From positions 5,736,071 through 5,799,034 of the forward strand of contig MU053810.1 in the NCBI GenBank assembly GCA_013239625.1: a DNA stretch of 62,964 bases. Reading direction: 5' to 3'. The DNA is from Lama guanicoe (lineage: Eukaryota). Below, piece after piece: positions 13,193 to 25,239 of the stretch. Under the pieces are notes generated by a model. That model made no database searches. It was not told where the DNA came from and saw nothing but the letters and a program-made list of their open reading frames with translations. The stretch's first letter is position 1. Every line of letters begins with the position of its first letter. The position numbers were made by a program, and so were the translations under genes.

Positions 13193-13687
13193 GGTTCTCA
13201 AGGTGATCAGAGGACTGATCGCTTGGCTCCCACCCGTTCTGCTTCCCAAGCTGAAGAAGAGCCCTGCCTGGAACCAGTCAAGAAACCACAGCACCGCTCC
13301 TCCTCCTCTGCACAGCACCACAACCACCGCAGCGGCACCAGCCGAGGCCTCTCCAGGCAGGAGACGTTGGACTCGGAAACGCAGGAGAGCCGAGACTCGG
13401 CGTACGTGGAGCCAAGGGAGGAGTACCCCCACGAGCACGCAGACCACTATGCCCCTCACCGTGACCACAGCCACCGAGATGAGAGCCACGGGAGCGGGGA
13501 GCACAGACACAGGGAGCCCCGGCACCGGGCCCGGGACCCAGATCGCGAGCAGGACCACAACGAGTGCAACAAACAGCGAAGCCGCCATAAATCCAAGGAT
13601 CGCTACTGTGACAAGGATGGAGAAGGGATATCCAAGAGACGGAATGAGGCTGGGGACTGGAACAGGGATGTTTACATCCGCCAATGA
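13193..13687 (+). CDS. CACNB2: CACNB2 terminal coding exon
   Basis: ctccag acceptor; encodes [24 protein letters not shown]...[24 protein letters not shown]...WNRDVYIRQ then TGA, the beta-2 C-terminus. Confidence 0.97.
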   Translation, partial: GSQGDQRTDRLAPTRSASQAEEEPCLEPVKKPQHRSSSSAQHHNHRSGTSRGLSRQETLDSETQESRDSAYVEPREEYPHEHADHYAPHRDHSHRDESHGSGEHRHREPRHRARDPDREQDHNECNKQRSRHKSKDRYCDKDGEGISKRRNEAGDWNRDVYIRQ

Positions 13688-16610
13688 CTTCTGGCCCTTT
13701 TGCATTTTGTCTTTTTTTTTCTTTAAGTCTTGTATCCCACCACCCTCAAACTCATCTTTGGGGTCTACACTGCAATCATATGTGATCTGTCTTGTATATT
13801 TTGTATTGCTATTGCTTGAATAGCAATAGCATGACATAGAGTATTAATATACTTTTTTTTTTTCCTTTTGTAAGTGCTATAGAAATTCGCCTGGAACGGC
13901 TGCAGTTCTCCGGTTGTATACTGGACTTTTCAAAAACTGTCTGGGATAGCTGCCACTTGAACAAAAGCTGTTGCCATCCAGGTGGCTGTTAGTATTTTAA
14001 GAAGCATAGTTGACGTTTTCAAAAATGTAGCTGACGTATCCAGCAGGCCAGAATTGGCCCAGCTAAAAAGTGGAATTTCTTGATTCTCCAGATTTTTAAC
14101 ATGTAGGCACCTGATTTGCATAGTCATCCATGGACCACTGTTTCTTGCTTGTACCTCTGGCTGACTAAATTTGGGGACAGATTCAGTCTTGCCTTACACA
14201 AAGGGGATCATAAAGTTAGAATCTATTTTCTATGTACTAGTACTGTGTACTGTATAGACAGTTTGTAAATGTTATTTCTGCAAACACCTTCTTATAATTA
14301 TATATATATAATATATATATATTATATATATATATATCAGTTTGATCTCACTATTTTAGAGTCTTAATGCCAAGTCAGCAGATTTGCTTTATGAATTACA
14401 GGGACTAGAAATGCCCACATTCAGGAAATTTGTAATAACATCGTCTAGACGCCCCTCCCCATTCTCGTAGAAAGCCTGTACATACTGTAAATACATGTGA
14501 CTGCCTGACTTGAAAAGGTTTGATTTCTGAATGTTTTACCATCCTTGTAAGTTTATCATTTTGACCATAAATTAAGGTAAATGTAACCAAACTCCAAAGG
14601 TTGTTCTACTCCATGCAGTTCACACTGACTGTGACAAACACCTCCTTCGTAGCTAGTGTCTGAGGTCACAGCACTGGAGTCTATGAGCCGGAGCTCTGTG
14701 TGCGCCTGCGTGTGTCTGGGTGTGTACGTGTGCGCGTGTGCGAGGCGGACATGGACCTGAATGAATGCCGAGGACTAATGAAGAAACCAGCGACCGCCCC
14801 CCGAGGAGCCCCCCCACCTGGCTCTGCGCCACCGGGATCCAGGACTGCGAGGAAGCTCGCTGCCAAAGGGGACTCGGGGCGCAGCCGCCCGCAGGCTCCT
14901 CGTTTCTGCTCCGAGAGCGTAAGACCTACCGGCAACTTTTAACTGTGAGTGTTTCACTGGAAATGTACAATCCTCTGTGTTCAAGTATTTGTTTTAGGAA
15001 GAAACGTTTACACAGCTTGTAGAGTTATTTTGTGGGAAAATAAATTTTTCTAACTTCTCCCACTTCCTTTCCCAGCCTCGCCAGCGTTCCTGTTGTCCCC
15101 CAAGCCCCCCCCCCACCCCCCCAGTTTACCTCTCGGTACGTCCCCCACCACCGACTCCGTGAGTTTCACTGTCCCACAAAACCCCGAAGTGCTTCTTAGA
15201 ACCAAAGCTTCTGCTCTTCAGAAGAAATCAGGGCAAAACGAGGTGACCTGAAGGAAACGAAATGTTGAGAATATTTTCCTCCATCAGACATCTCTGAAGG
15301 GGAAACCAGCAGATATGTTCTCCATGGACCACGAGGTGGCCGTCACGCTGAGGCTAAAACCTCCTGCGTCCCTTACATGTCCATCTGTCCAGCTATGACT
15401 AGACAGGTCAGACAGTATTAGGTGTGCAAGGACCTAGCACTTGAAGTTTGTCCCTGGAAAATGCCTATCTATGATTGCCTACCTTCAGATCTGTATATTC
15501 TGTAATTATTTTGTTAAGTAAGTTACTCTATTTTTTTGTTTTGCTTCTTTGCTTATCTCAGATTCTTGCCAAATATTCTCGGACCTTTATAAGTAAAACT
15601 GTTTCACATTTAACTCCTTACTCCCCTCCCCCAAAGAAAACTCAGAGTTTTAAAAATGAGTTACATATATGTAATGTTTTAGCAGCTAATGCAGGAACCA
15701 TTTCCGCCAATTTGTTACTTAGCTCTGTACTGTTGACATATCTTTATTTATTGAATATGAAAACAGCAGTCATAATATATAAATTTTGATGTAAAATATT
15801 CACATCATTGGGAAACCATATTCCCATGAAAGTTACTTTTATAAAACATTTCCAATTAACTTTCCATCACAGTAAGAGGTTGCTGATCACCAGCCCCATC
15901 CTTTCCTATGTGAAATTTCATCCCAGTTAATGACTTTGAAATACTTAAATCCTTGAAGTATAACTGGTATGAATTTTTTTGCTGCTACCATTAATCCCTT
16001 TCAAAGAGTCACGCTAACAGATTGCTTTTTTAAATACTGTATCTGGATTCTTCACTTGTCACTTTACTGTGAAACACATTAGTCCAAATCAGAGTATTCC
16101 TCAAAAAACTATATTGCAGGATTTGACGTAAGAGCCTCTACATGTGAAAAATGTGTATCAGATGTATGTGTAAACAGTGTGTACTAAATATGTAAACGAA
16201 GAAACCATCCCAAGGATGGGATGGGATATTTACTGACTTGTGGAATGTAAAATTCTAGTCTTTTCACACAGCAAAGGCTTAAATCTTAACCCACTCAGTT
16301 GCAGAACTATGATTCTTGTAGTTAACCTAGAAAATGCTGGAAATGTTAAGAGTTCTATGTTTTGTTGTCAACCCCATTTCAGCTTCTCCTATGCGCTTCT
16401 CTACTGCTCACTGAAGTTCCTGTTACAAAAAGGTGCTGCTAAGTGTAGGATGTCTTAGTTATACTGTACTTTGGGACAATGCCACATTTTAACATGGTCT
16501 GCTCTGCATTCATGTTAAACATTCACTGTCAGCTACACTGAACTGTTCAACTAACCTGGTTTAAAGTCGTTCATGTAAAACAAATAAAGAGCTGGCTTCT
16601 GCACTGTTTA
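13688..16610 (+). other. CACNB2: CACNB2 3' UTR with candidate poly(A) signals
   Basis: Repeat-poor AT-rich sequence after the stop codon; AATAAA at 15039-15044 and 16583-16588; the true 3' end cannot be determined from sequence alone. Confidence 0.6.
14293..14337. repeat. Imperfect (TA)n microsatellite in the CACNB2 3' UTR
   Basis: ttataattatatatatataatatatatatattatatatatatatat. Confidence 0.9.
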
Positions 16611-18786
16611 TAATTAGTAGTATTAATTGCCATTTTAGGAATGATTCTTAGAGCTGAAGATAGGCTAAATGTTCAACAACACTTGGCACTTGTGGTGCAT
16701 CTTCCTTGGGGGGGAGAGGTGAGCAGTGCTGATCGCAGCTGGACTGTGCTCACTTCCTGTCACATCTGCTAACACGACAGCTTACGGTAGGTACAAGCTC
16801 TTCTAAAGTATGAGGCACAGCACAGGAAACTTCCTCCCACCTGCATCCTACATGTTCAGCAATTCTGGACTCAGATTTTGAATTGTATTTTTCATTTTTA
16901 AAATGAAGAGCCATTGTGATGCCAAATCGAATTCCTCACCCCCCGCCCTTTGCTCGGTGATGTAATGCTGCTAGTCTCGGGTACTCTGATCTCATTAATG
17001 CATCCAAAGTTACACTGTTGGAGAAAACAGCTAATTAGATGATTCGGGGGGGCAGTTGTTTAATTTTGGCCAAGCTCTATTTTTTTACTATTTGTACTTT
17101 ACAATTTAGACTAAAATGTGATACACAGTTTTGAAGTAAAATGTACTCACTGTGGAATTAAAATGTTTCTGTTTCACAGACATATTATCTATGGTAATTA
17201 AATGTTGAAATATATTAACTTTCCTCCACATTTCCCTGATTTTTTCTTAAATGTCTGTGTTCCTTAAGATTGAATATGTCTATTTTCCTATTTGTTTTAT
17301 TTTTTGAAAGAAAGAAACCCACTGAAAAATGTCTGTTAAAGGAAAACATTTTAACAATAATCTGTCCTTTTGTCCTGTCTTCAATATGCAAGTGTTTTTC
17401 TTCTGTTTTGCCTGCATTGCTTGCATTTTGATATATGTTGGTACTGATCAAATATTTACACACTTGCTACAAGGCTCACTCGCTACCATTTCCATCCCAG
17501 CTTAGCACCTAAGGCTTTGCAGAGAGAATAAGAAATGGATTTTGTGTATTTTTTTTAAAAACGCACTGAAAGTTCGGGGAAGCATGCTGAGCCTTAGAAA
17601 CAGAAGTACCGCAGGTGAACAGTGTTTCCCTTTACACAAATGACATCTACTGGAGAGAGGCAGAAGGACGGATGGAAAGAAGTCTGGCACATATTTGAAT
17701 TTTATGGAGCCTGAAATGATTTTTCCCTCGTTCAGTAAGGATGTAATGATGATTCTGAAGATGTCACAAATAGCACAGGAGTCCTGCCTCCAGGGTACTG
17801 CCTAGCCTGGGGGTGGGGGTCTGGGGTGTGCCTAGTAAATCAATGATGTGTGTGTTAAGTGCCATGGTAGCAGGAGATAACGGGCACCAGGGGTGCAGTG
17901 AGATGCCTAACTCAGCTTCAGAGAAGGGTGTTCAAGAAAGATTCCCTCAAGCAGAGGCCTTCTGAAAATCTCACCTGCTCCAGGAGACCTTGCATTCTTG
18001 ATGGAGACAACAGTGAGTTACGAGACATTCCTAATGGAAACCTATAAGGAAAAAAGACAATTATTAGGCAATTATTTCCAATTATCCACTTTATATGCCC
18101 AAAGGGCAGGAATTTGGGGATGATTTAAATTAACAAAACAAGTGTATTTAACACTACACGAGAAGAGACAGCTTTTAAACTATAGCTGGGTGTTGGATAT
18201 TTTAACATACCTTATCTAAAAAGCAGGAAGAATGAAGCAAGCAGACAGTTACAATTAATTTTTTAAAAAGCAGTCACTTTATACTGGCCACTATGGGAGA
18301 CATTTGGTCACTTATGCAGTTTCAATGATGTTCTTGTTTTTGTCTGACTTCAGACATGACAATCAAGTGGTCTTTTTTTTTTTTTTTTTTGGTCTTAATC
18401 TTTCATAATCACAGTTGCTCTGTCTGAGCTGATGTTCTGTGAAGTTGTTATGTTCAGTGGTTCAGTGGGAGAACACCGAGGCTTACCTGTAAGTGCCCGG
18501 CCCGTTCCAGCATCAGAAGATGGCTTTCTCTTAATCATCAATCATATCTCTAATAACTTGTATGTGTTCCAACAGATGATAAAACGTACCCAAACTGTGC
18601 AATACTCCCATATTTTTAATCTACAGAGTGAAACAAATATTTGTTAATTGCCAGTTTAAAATATGGAAAAAAGGAAAGTAAACAGAGTGAAGGGAGACTC
18701 CCATTTAGGAGCGGTACAGAATTCGTTTCAAAGAGGGTTGACTTACCAAATAGCAGAAAAAGTCAGGTAAAATACCCAGCTCAGTT

Positions 18787-19007
18787 CTTCCATAAAGTCA
18801 ACTTCTACAAGACTGAACAAGCCTAAAAGGCCATAAGACACCCACCAATAAGGTGATGACAGGCAGACATGCCACTGTCTGCCCTTCTGAGTTCTGGAAA
18901 GTGACCCATGAGCTCAGGCCTTAGGGCAGCAGCAACACCACGACCTCACTCAACTTCCCAAAGAAGAGCCCTAAGCCAGGCTCCGCAGAGGGTGGCAGCC
19001 CCTCCAT
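18787..19007 (-). pseudogene. cTAGE5/MIA2-like N-terminal pseudogene fragment, copy A (truncated at the TSD)
   Basis: ATG at 19007 gives MEGLPPSAEPGLGLFFGKLSEVVVLLLP*...VACLPVITLLVGVLWPFRLVQSCRS*LYGR; clear paralog of copy B; two stop codons. Confidence 0.65.
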
Positions 19008-19156
19008 GGCACTGATCCACCGCAGGGCTCTGCCCAGTTACCATGGATCCACCAGACACAATAAGCCTCAGGGAACACAGCAACATTCCACCTGGAACCC
19101 AACCAGCAACTGACATCCTGGATTGGTCAGATTTTGTGAGGACTCTTTCTGCATTT

Positions 19157-19630
19157 TCAAATAAGAAATGTTTGGCCAATGTTCAGCAGGAGTCCTGAGC
19201 AAATGGGAACTTTAGCACGTTTAGCCTCTTTGCCATCTCTTCTTGTATGGAATGCAGGAATCTCCTTTTCTTCAGTTCTTGGACCAGAGAACTGAGTTCC
19301 TTCCACAAACTCAGGTTGTCCCTCATCATTTTTCTCACAAAGCTTGTCAATGAGTTGGCATTTCTCCTTAATCACTGCAAACAACATTTTTGCCAACTTC
19401 TCTTCATATCTTCCAAGAAATTTACTTCTACAAAACTGAACAAGACTGAAAGTACATAAGACACCGTCCAATAAGCTGATGACAGGCAGACATGCCACTC
19501 TCTGCCATTCAAGATTCCAGAAAGCGAACTATGAACCCAGGCCACTGGGCAGCAGCAACACCATGACGTCACTCAGCTTCCCAAAGAAGAGCCCAAAGCC
19601 AAGCTCCACAGAGGACGGCAGCTCCTCCAT
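19157..19630 (-). pseudogene. cTAGE5/MIA2-like N-terminal pseudogene fragment, copy B
   Basis: ATG at 19630 gives MEELPSSVELGFGLFFGKLSDVMVLLLPSGLGS*FAFWNLEWQRVACLPVISLL...CRSKFLGRYEEKLAKMLFAVIKEKCQLIDKL, resembling cTAGE5 MEEPGATPQPYLGLLLEELRRVVAALPEG...WELVICAAVVG...[30 protein letters not shown]; in-frame TAG at 19529-19531. Confidence 0.7.
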
Positions 19631-20563
19631 GGCACTGATCCACCGCAGGGCTCTGCCCAGTTACCGTGGATCCACCAGCTACAAGACCTGGGAAACACAC
19701 CAATGTTCCACCTGGAACCCAAGAAGCAACTGACATCCTGGATTGGTCAGCTCCTGCCCTCAACCCCGCTGCGTGAACTCTGCTGGCTGGTTCCAGAGGC
19801 ATTTTGGCCACGCCCCTGGTCTGTTCTGCTCCCAGTGCTGGTAGGCGGCCGGGTTGCGCCCCCTCCTGAAGCCATGGTCCAGAGCCATACTCATGCACAA
19901 GCTCTTGAAAATCTCATGGGATTTGAACCGTTCATCTACAGACTAAGACCACTGTTTTGGCAAGCAGTAACCCAACAACTCCAAGGTGATCAGCACAAAT
20001 TGTCTGCAACTGAAACCAAATCTCACGGGATTTGCCATTCTCTTGAGGGATACAGACCACTCCACTTCTGAAAGTATTTCTCCTTATTGGAAACCCAATC
20101 GGCTCTCACTGGAAAGGGATGAATGTCTCCATCGCCAGTTTGTGTCATGCACTTCTCAGAGTAACTCCTTCATTCTGTAAGGATGGAAATTCTTCGCAGA
20201 GAGCATGAATCCAGACACTCTCAGCTAAAGAAACACATGTCCTCTGACAAGAGCCTTCTCAATCTTGCAAGACTTTTCCCTTTTCCCAGGAGACCCAGTC
20301 CCATCTTCAGGCATGATGAATTCAAACTGTTGGTAGGCAACGTTATTCCTTATCCCTTGAAGAATTTCATGTCGTTGGATTTTTTCACCTCACCCTGAAA
20401 AATATATTCTAACTTTTCAAAAAGAAAAAAACAAAATACCCAGCTCAGTTACTGGCACATGATAAGTGCGTTATAGCTCCCATACCCTGAATTCTTAGGG
20501 AACTCCTACTTCAGAATTTAGTAACGGAAAACATGCTTTATAACCAAATTAAATATTGTTCAT

Positions 20564-20569
20564 TTTATT
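20564..20569 (-). terminator. NSUN6: Candidate NSUN6 polyadenylation signal
   Basis: TTTATT on + (AATAAA on -), about 360 nt downstream of the NSUN6 stop codon. Confidence 0.6.
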
Positions 20570-20930
20570 CCTTTTGTTAAATCCACTGATTTTAATATTA
20601 AAAATGACCTGCATTCTTTACAAATTAAAACAAAGACCCCAAGTGGAAATATGTTCCAGACATCTATAGGCATATCCTTTTCTTTAACTCTGCTAAATCC
20701 GTAAGAAAAAATTATTTTAAAAACAAAATATTATCTCAAACCACCTCCCATTACTTCCTCTATGAAGCAGAGTCTCATAAGTCTCTCGATTCCTGGAGAA
20801 ACAGCTGGCAGTCTTTTCTGTTTCCTCAGCAACCATGGCATCAATCACTTGGCCTGACAACAGTCTGATGTTTTTTTTAAAAAAAAAAAAAAAAAGCACC
20901 ACACACAGCAAACATTTGGAATTTTCATTT

Positions 20931-21158
20931 CTAAGGATCCTTCTCCTGTGTGCTTTTGCATTTTATGAATTTTGCAATAAAAAAACCTATACAATCCTTA
21001 TTTGCCAGCCAAACCATGTCTTCTATTCTGGCGTCTCTGAGAGAATCCATGTCGGTGTCCTGTGATTGCACAACAGATGGATCGAATCGCTGCAGCTGTT
21101 TCAACTGTTCCAGCGACAGGCCAGCTCCCATCATTCCTTCTCCTCCAACGTGGGGTTC
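20931..21158 (-). CDS. NSUN6: NSUN6 (tRNA/mRNA m5C methyltransferase) coding exon 11, terminal
   Basis: Encodes EPHVGGEGMMGAGLSLEQLKQLQRFDP...ANKDCIGFFIAKFIKCKSTQEKDP then TAG; gcag acceptor. Confidence 0.96.
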   Translation of the reverse strand, partial: EPHVGGEGMMGAGLSLEQLKQLQRFDPSVVQSQDTDMDSLRDARIEDMVWLANKDCIGFFIAKFIKCKSTQEKDP

Positions 21159-21419
21159 CTGCTCGGAGAAGACAAAGGAACATGGACAAACATCCTTGCA
21201 TTATCAGTAAGTGTGCCTGCATATGACTTAAGTTAAAAGACAAACAGCTGTAAGTGTTAATTACAATTACCAACTGCAAAAAAACAGGAAAATAAGTAGA
21301 TACCGTTTATCTCTGTGAAACATACATACTGTTTTTCTGGGAGAGCAGCTGCACACGGTCACCTGATGAAGGGGAACCTAGTATGGCCCAGACGCTCATC
21401 AAGTACCTTGATGTGCAAA

Positions 21420-21610
21420 AGGCCTGGGCTTCACACTTGGAAAAGCAGATTCAAATCATGGCTCGGCCACACTGAAGCTGTGTGACCTTCTACAAGTAAC
21501 TTTACCTAACTCTGTTTCCTCATCTATAAAACAGATAACACATTCAGTTCTGAGGCTTAAATAAATAAGGAGGCATACAGTGGGCACTCAGGAAGTGGAA
21601 CATTATTATT
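21420..21610 (+). mobile_element. MIR SINE relic
   Basis: ttcaaatcatggctcggccacact...gctgtgtgacctt...aagtaacttt...ctctgtttcctcatctataaaacagataa. Confidence 0.65.
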
Positions 21611-22725
21611 AAGAACAGCAGCAAATGAAAATTCAGCCTTATTTGTCAGACTCCCCAGAACTGACAGGAGTTTCGATCAGAGGAATAGGAATACAGAATC
21701 AGTCATAAGGAATTGAGTGATACTTGCAAACCACTGCTGCAAAAGATGCATAATCCTAACTTAAGTCCCCATTTCACAGACAAACGTTTGTGTTACTGAA
21801 GGTGCATTTTCCCAGGTTTATGTCTAAAAATCTATCATTTATTAACCCATGGGGGGAAGTTCCATCTCTTTTATGCAGATTGAGTATGTATGTATACACA
21901 TACACATAAAACTCAAGTGAATTCTCAAAAGCCTTCCTTTCACCCACAATGTAACCATCTTATTTCTGAGTCGAGAACCCATCACTTGATAGCTTTTTGT
22001 TTATGTTTTCCAGTTACTTACTAGAATTCTGTACAGAAAAAACAGACTTTACATGTTCAATCTACCTGAATGAACGTAAGCATTACTACAGATTTAAACC
22101 TAATCTCAAACATCATGGGACTAAAAATCTTGTCATAAATATGGTTTTAATAAAAACTGTAACAGAAAGACAGTGCTAGGTAAAATAAAGTACAGTCAAG
22201 AAAACTTTTTAAATGTTCCATATTTTATATAAGAAACCATAAGGAAGCAATTATCTTGAACCATTTTTCCCCCCTTGGCTAGACTTCTGACATCCCAGTT
22301 ACTAAACTAAAGCCTGTTTGGGCTTTGATGTGACATGAGAAAAAATGTTCAACATTTTTCCCATCAGAAAAATATGGGATGGGGGCAGCAGTGGGGGGCG
22401 GGGCAGAATTTTTTTTGGAAACAAAATTCTGAGTAACATGAACAAGAGCCACAAGTAAAATAAAGGATTAATACACATACACCTGAGCCCTGTGGCACTT
22501 AAACACTGTGGCAAAGAATGAAGACATGGGGAAACTTTATCAGGACGTTGAAAATCCTGTGGGCAGTCTAGAAGGGATCTCATTAGGGAAACATTCTTGT
22601 GAACTGCAGTATCTGTTTCAGAAGTTTTACTTGGCATACTTTTTCATATAACACTGTTGACTATCACTGCACTGAAGTTTCTGCGATTTATCAGATTACA
22701 CGGAGGCAGCTGCAATGGCTCTTAC

Positions 22726-22851
22726 CTGGTGCTGAAGCTGAAGGCAAGGGAATGTCCTGAGGGCCCAGGCCACTTGTTCTTCATTTTCCGCCAGTGTGAT
22801 GGTGCACGTGCTGTAAACCAGCACGCCCCCTGGCTTCAGCAGCTGAACTGC
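22726..22851 (-). CDS. NSUN6: NSUN6 coding exon 10 (catalytic TC motif VI)
   Basis: Encodes AVQLLKPGGVLVYSTCTITLAENEEQVAWALRTFPCLQLQHQ; tctag acceptor and gtaag donor; 126 nt. Confidence 0.96.
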
Positions 22852-23099
22852 CTAGAGAAAAATGTGACCAGATTGTGTATCACAAGAGCAAGTCCACACT
22901 TTAGGGGATTTTAAAAAATATATTTATGATATCTTTTTTCAAGCATTTGGGATAAATAAATGATGTCCTGTAGAACCAGGATTCTTTCTCTAATTAGAAT
23001 GCTCCAGACTAGATGCACTTCATTATCTTGGAGCTGTTTTAGTCCACGTGGACCAGGACTTTCCCAAATATGCTCATTCAGCTGCAAGGCTTCAGATAA

Positions 23100-24030
23100 C
23101 ATTTTTATTCAGAAAACTCACAAATTGACATTTCTAGGCCAGACTCCTTTCTGAATTCCGTGCGAATATATTCAGCTGCCTTAGTAGTTTTACCATCGGA
23201 TGTGATGTGTCCCTCCCTGAAGTGCTGTCTTCCTCTGAAACCTACTGGAGGATTCCCGTCCTCCCAGGGGCTCCGCCCACAACCTCAGATTACCCTTTAT
23301 GCCTCTTGCTCTCACGTTTTCCATCCATCAAGCAAATTCTACTGGCTCTACCTTCAAAATACATCCAGAATTTGACCACTTCTCACCACTTCCACTGCTA
23401 TCATTCTGCTCTAAGCTTCATTATCTTTCACCTGGATTATTCCAAGAGTTTCCCTCTTCATTTACCTTGTCTGTTCCCTGCCCTCCTGCCATTCATTCAA
23501 GAGCAAGAGCAGTGGTTTTAGAACTGTTGTTTCTCAGCTCAAAACCCTTCAAATGTTCTCCATCATCACTGGAAGGCAAAGTCCACGTCCTCAGAGGGGC
23601 CTTCAAGGTCCTGCATAAAGCAAGCCTCTAGCTACCTTTTCTTCATGTACACCCAGCTCTCTCTGCTTGGGCACCGCCCGCCCTGCCTCAGGGTGTCTGC
23701 CCCGGCTTGGAGAGCTCTCTCATTCCCTGCACTGCTTGCTCCCTCACAATCCTCTTATCTTTACTTGTATTTCGGCTTCTCAGCGGGGACCTCCCTGACC
23801 ACTCAATGTAAATTTTCAACTAATCTGATCAGGCATGCTCTTTCTTCAGTTTGCTCCACAGACTGACTGCCATGTAATATGCTCAGTAACTTAATCACCT
23901 ATTTGTTCATTTTCCCCCTCAGTGAGAATCGGAACGCCATGTATTAGGGCAGGGACTGACCACTGTATTGTGAGCACCTAGAATCACGTACTACATACAG
24001 GAAGTGCCCCATGAGTACTTGTTCAGGAAA
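23100..24030 (+). mobile_element. L2 LINE relic
   Basis: L2 3' motifs (catccatcaagcaaattctactggctctaccttcaaaatacatccagaatttgaccacttctcaccac...; cacctagaatca...gtacttgttcaggaaatagatg). Confidence 0.75.
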
Positions 24031-25239
24031 TAGATGTAATGTGAAAATGAACTTGTTCCAAAATAACTAAAGTTTCTCTTTTCAAATTCACAAATTTCTT
24101 TAAATTTTACAAAAAAAAATTTTTTTAAGCGTACAGTATACTTTCTTCACCAGAATACACTGATCAAAATTAAATTTTGCTACCGTGTGCCAGCCACTGT
24201 TTCAAGCACCTTACATAGTAAATCCTTGTAACTATGAGTGAGGTACAGTAACTGTCTCCAATGAGGTAACTCTATCAGGTGGGGTCATTATCCCCACTTC
24301 TCAAATAAGGAAACCAATGTACCTAAATTAACTTATGTGGAGGAGCCATGGCTCAAATCAAGATGTGTCCACATTCTCAGTTAATTTCTATCCTTGCCCA
24401 ACAACATACGTGCTCTATTCTAAATTCTCTCTTGCACACGGTCAGCTGTTCCTTTCCCTTGAGATCAACGCATCTCCTCCTTTGTAGCCTTTTAAAACTT
24501 CTTTTTGCAATGAGCTAAAAAGAACAAAAAAAACAAGTCTCTTAAAGCAGTGTCCTAATTTTACCCTTGGGTCAAAGTGGGTTTCGGCTGCTTTTTTGCT
24601 GCTTGCTGTTTAAATTTCTAGGATGTAGACTTTGAAGACTGTATAGAAGAAGAAGTTAAACAATCCACCACCAGTGCCATGTTTGTGCAGGAAAGCAGAC
24701 ACCAGGAGGCCTGAATAGAAATGTCCTCAAAGACAGCTTTAGAGATGGGACAATCATACTGTATCCATTACTGATATACCTTTGCATTTATAATTAGAGC
24801 TAAGAGGAAATGATGAGGTCTCCTTTGGTCAAACACTGTCTACATCCTGTGAAATCCACAAAATCATTTTTGCAAAATAGAAAGAAATTCTCAAATGTTC
24901 TATCTGGGCTTCTTCTGAGACACCCTGGAGATCAGTCAGATTTGCTACGTTTTTACGGTTCTTCTACGTCCTACACCAGATGCTGTCATGTCCCAGTTTT
25001 ATGAAATGTGTCTGCCTCTACTGGATTCCCCACTTCTAATTCACTAAGATGATCCAGGAACCCTATACAAATTTTATTTCACATCCAATTTTTTACATCA
25101 GTTGGTAACTATATGTTAATAACCCTCTATTTTTAACATCAAGCAGAATGTTTGAAATTCATTAAATGTCTCAGAGAAGAAATTCCACTATTGCCTCTGA
25201 TGAATGAGTGAGTCAACAAAAAGGAAAATGGGGTCTCTA

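Larger units (their letters stand above)
18787..20432 (+). pseudogene. Chimeric retrocopy (~1.65 kb) with poly(A) remnant and 18-bp TSD
   Basis: Perfect direct repeat AAAATACCCAGCTCAGTT at 18769-18786 and 20433-20450; A-tail aaaaagaaaaaaac at 20419-20432; AATATA at 20401-20406; t|aaaa L1 endonuclease-type site. Confidence 0.85.

Noticed and set aside
13148..13837. 229-aa minus-strand ORF and 220-aa alternate-frame plus-strand ORF
   Set aside because: Shadows of the GC-rich CACNB2 terminal exon; no independent homology.
14681..15022. Cluster of short ORFs in a CpG-rich patch
   Set aside because: Lies in the CACNB2 3' UTR; no recognisable protein or splice structure.
19874..20071. THAP1-like identity suggested by the MVQS start
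   Set aside because: No C2CH zinc ligands or AVPTIF motif; similarity does not extend convincingly.
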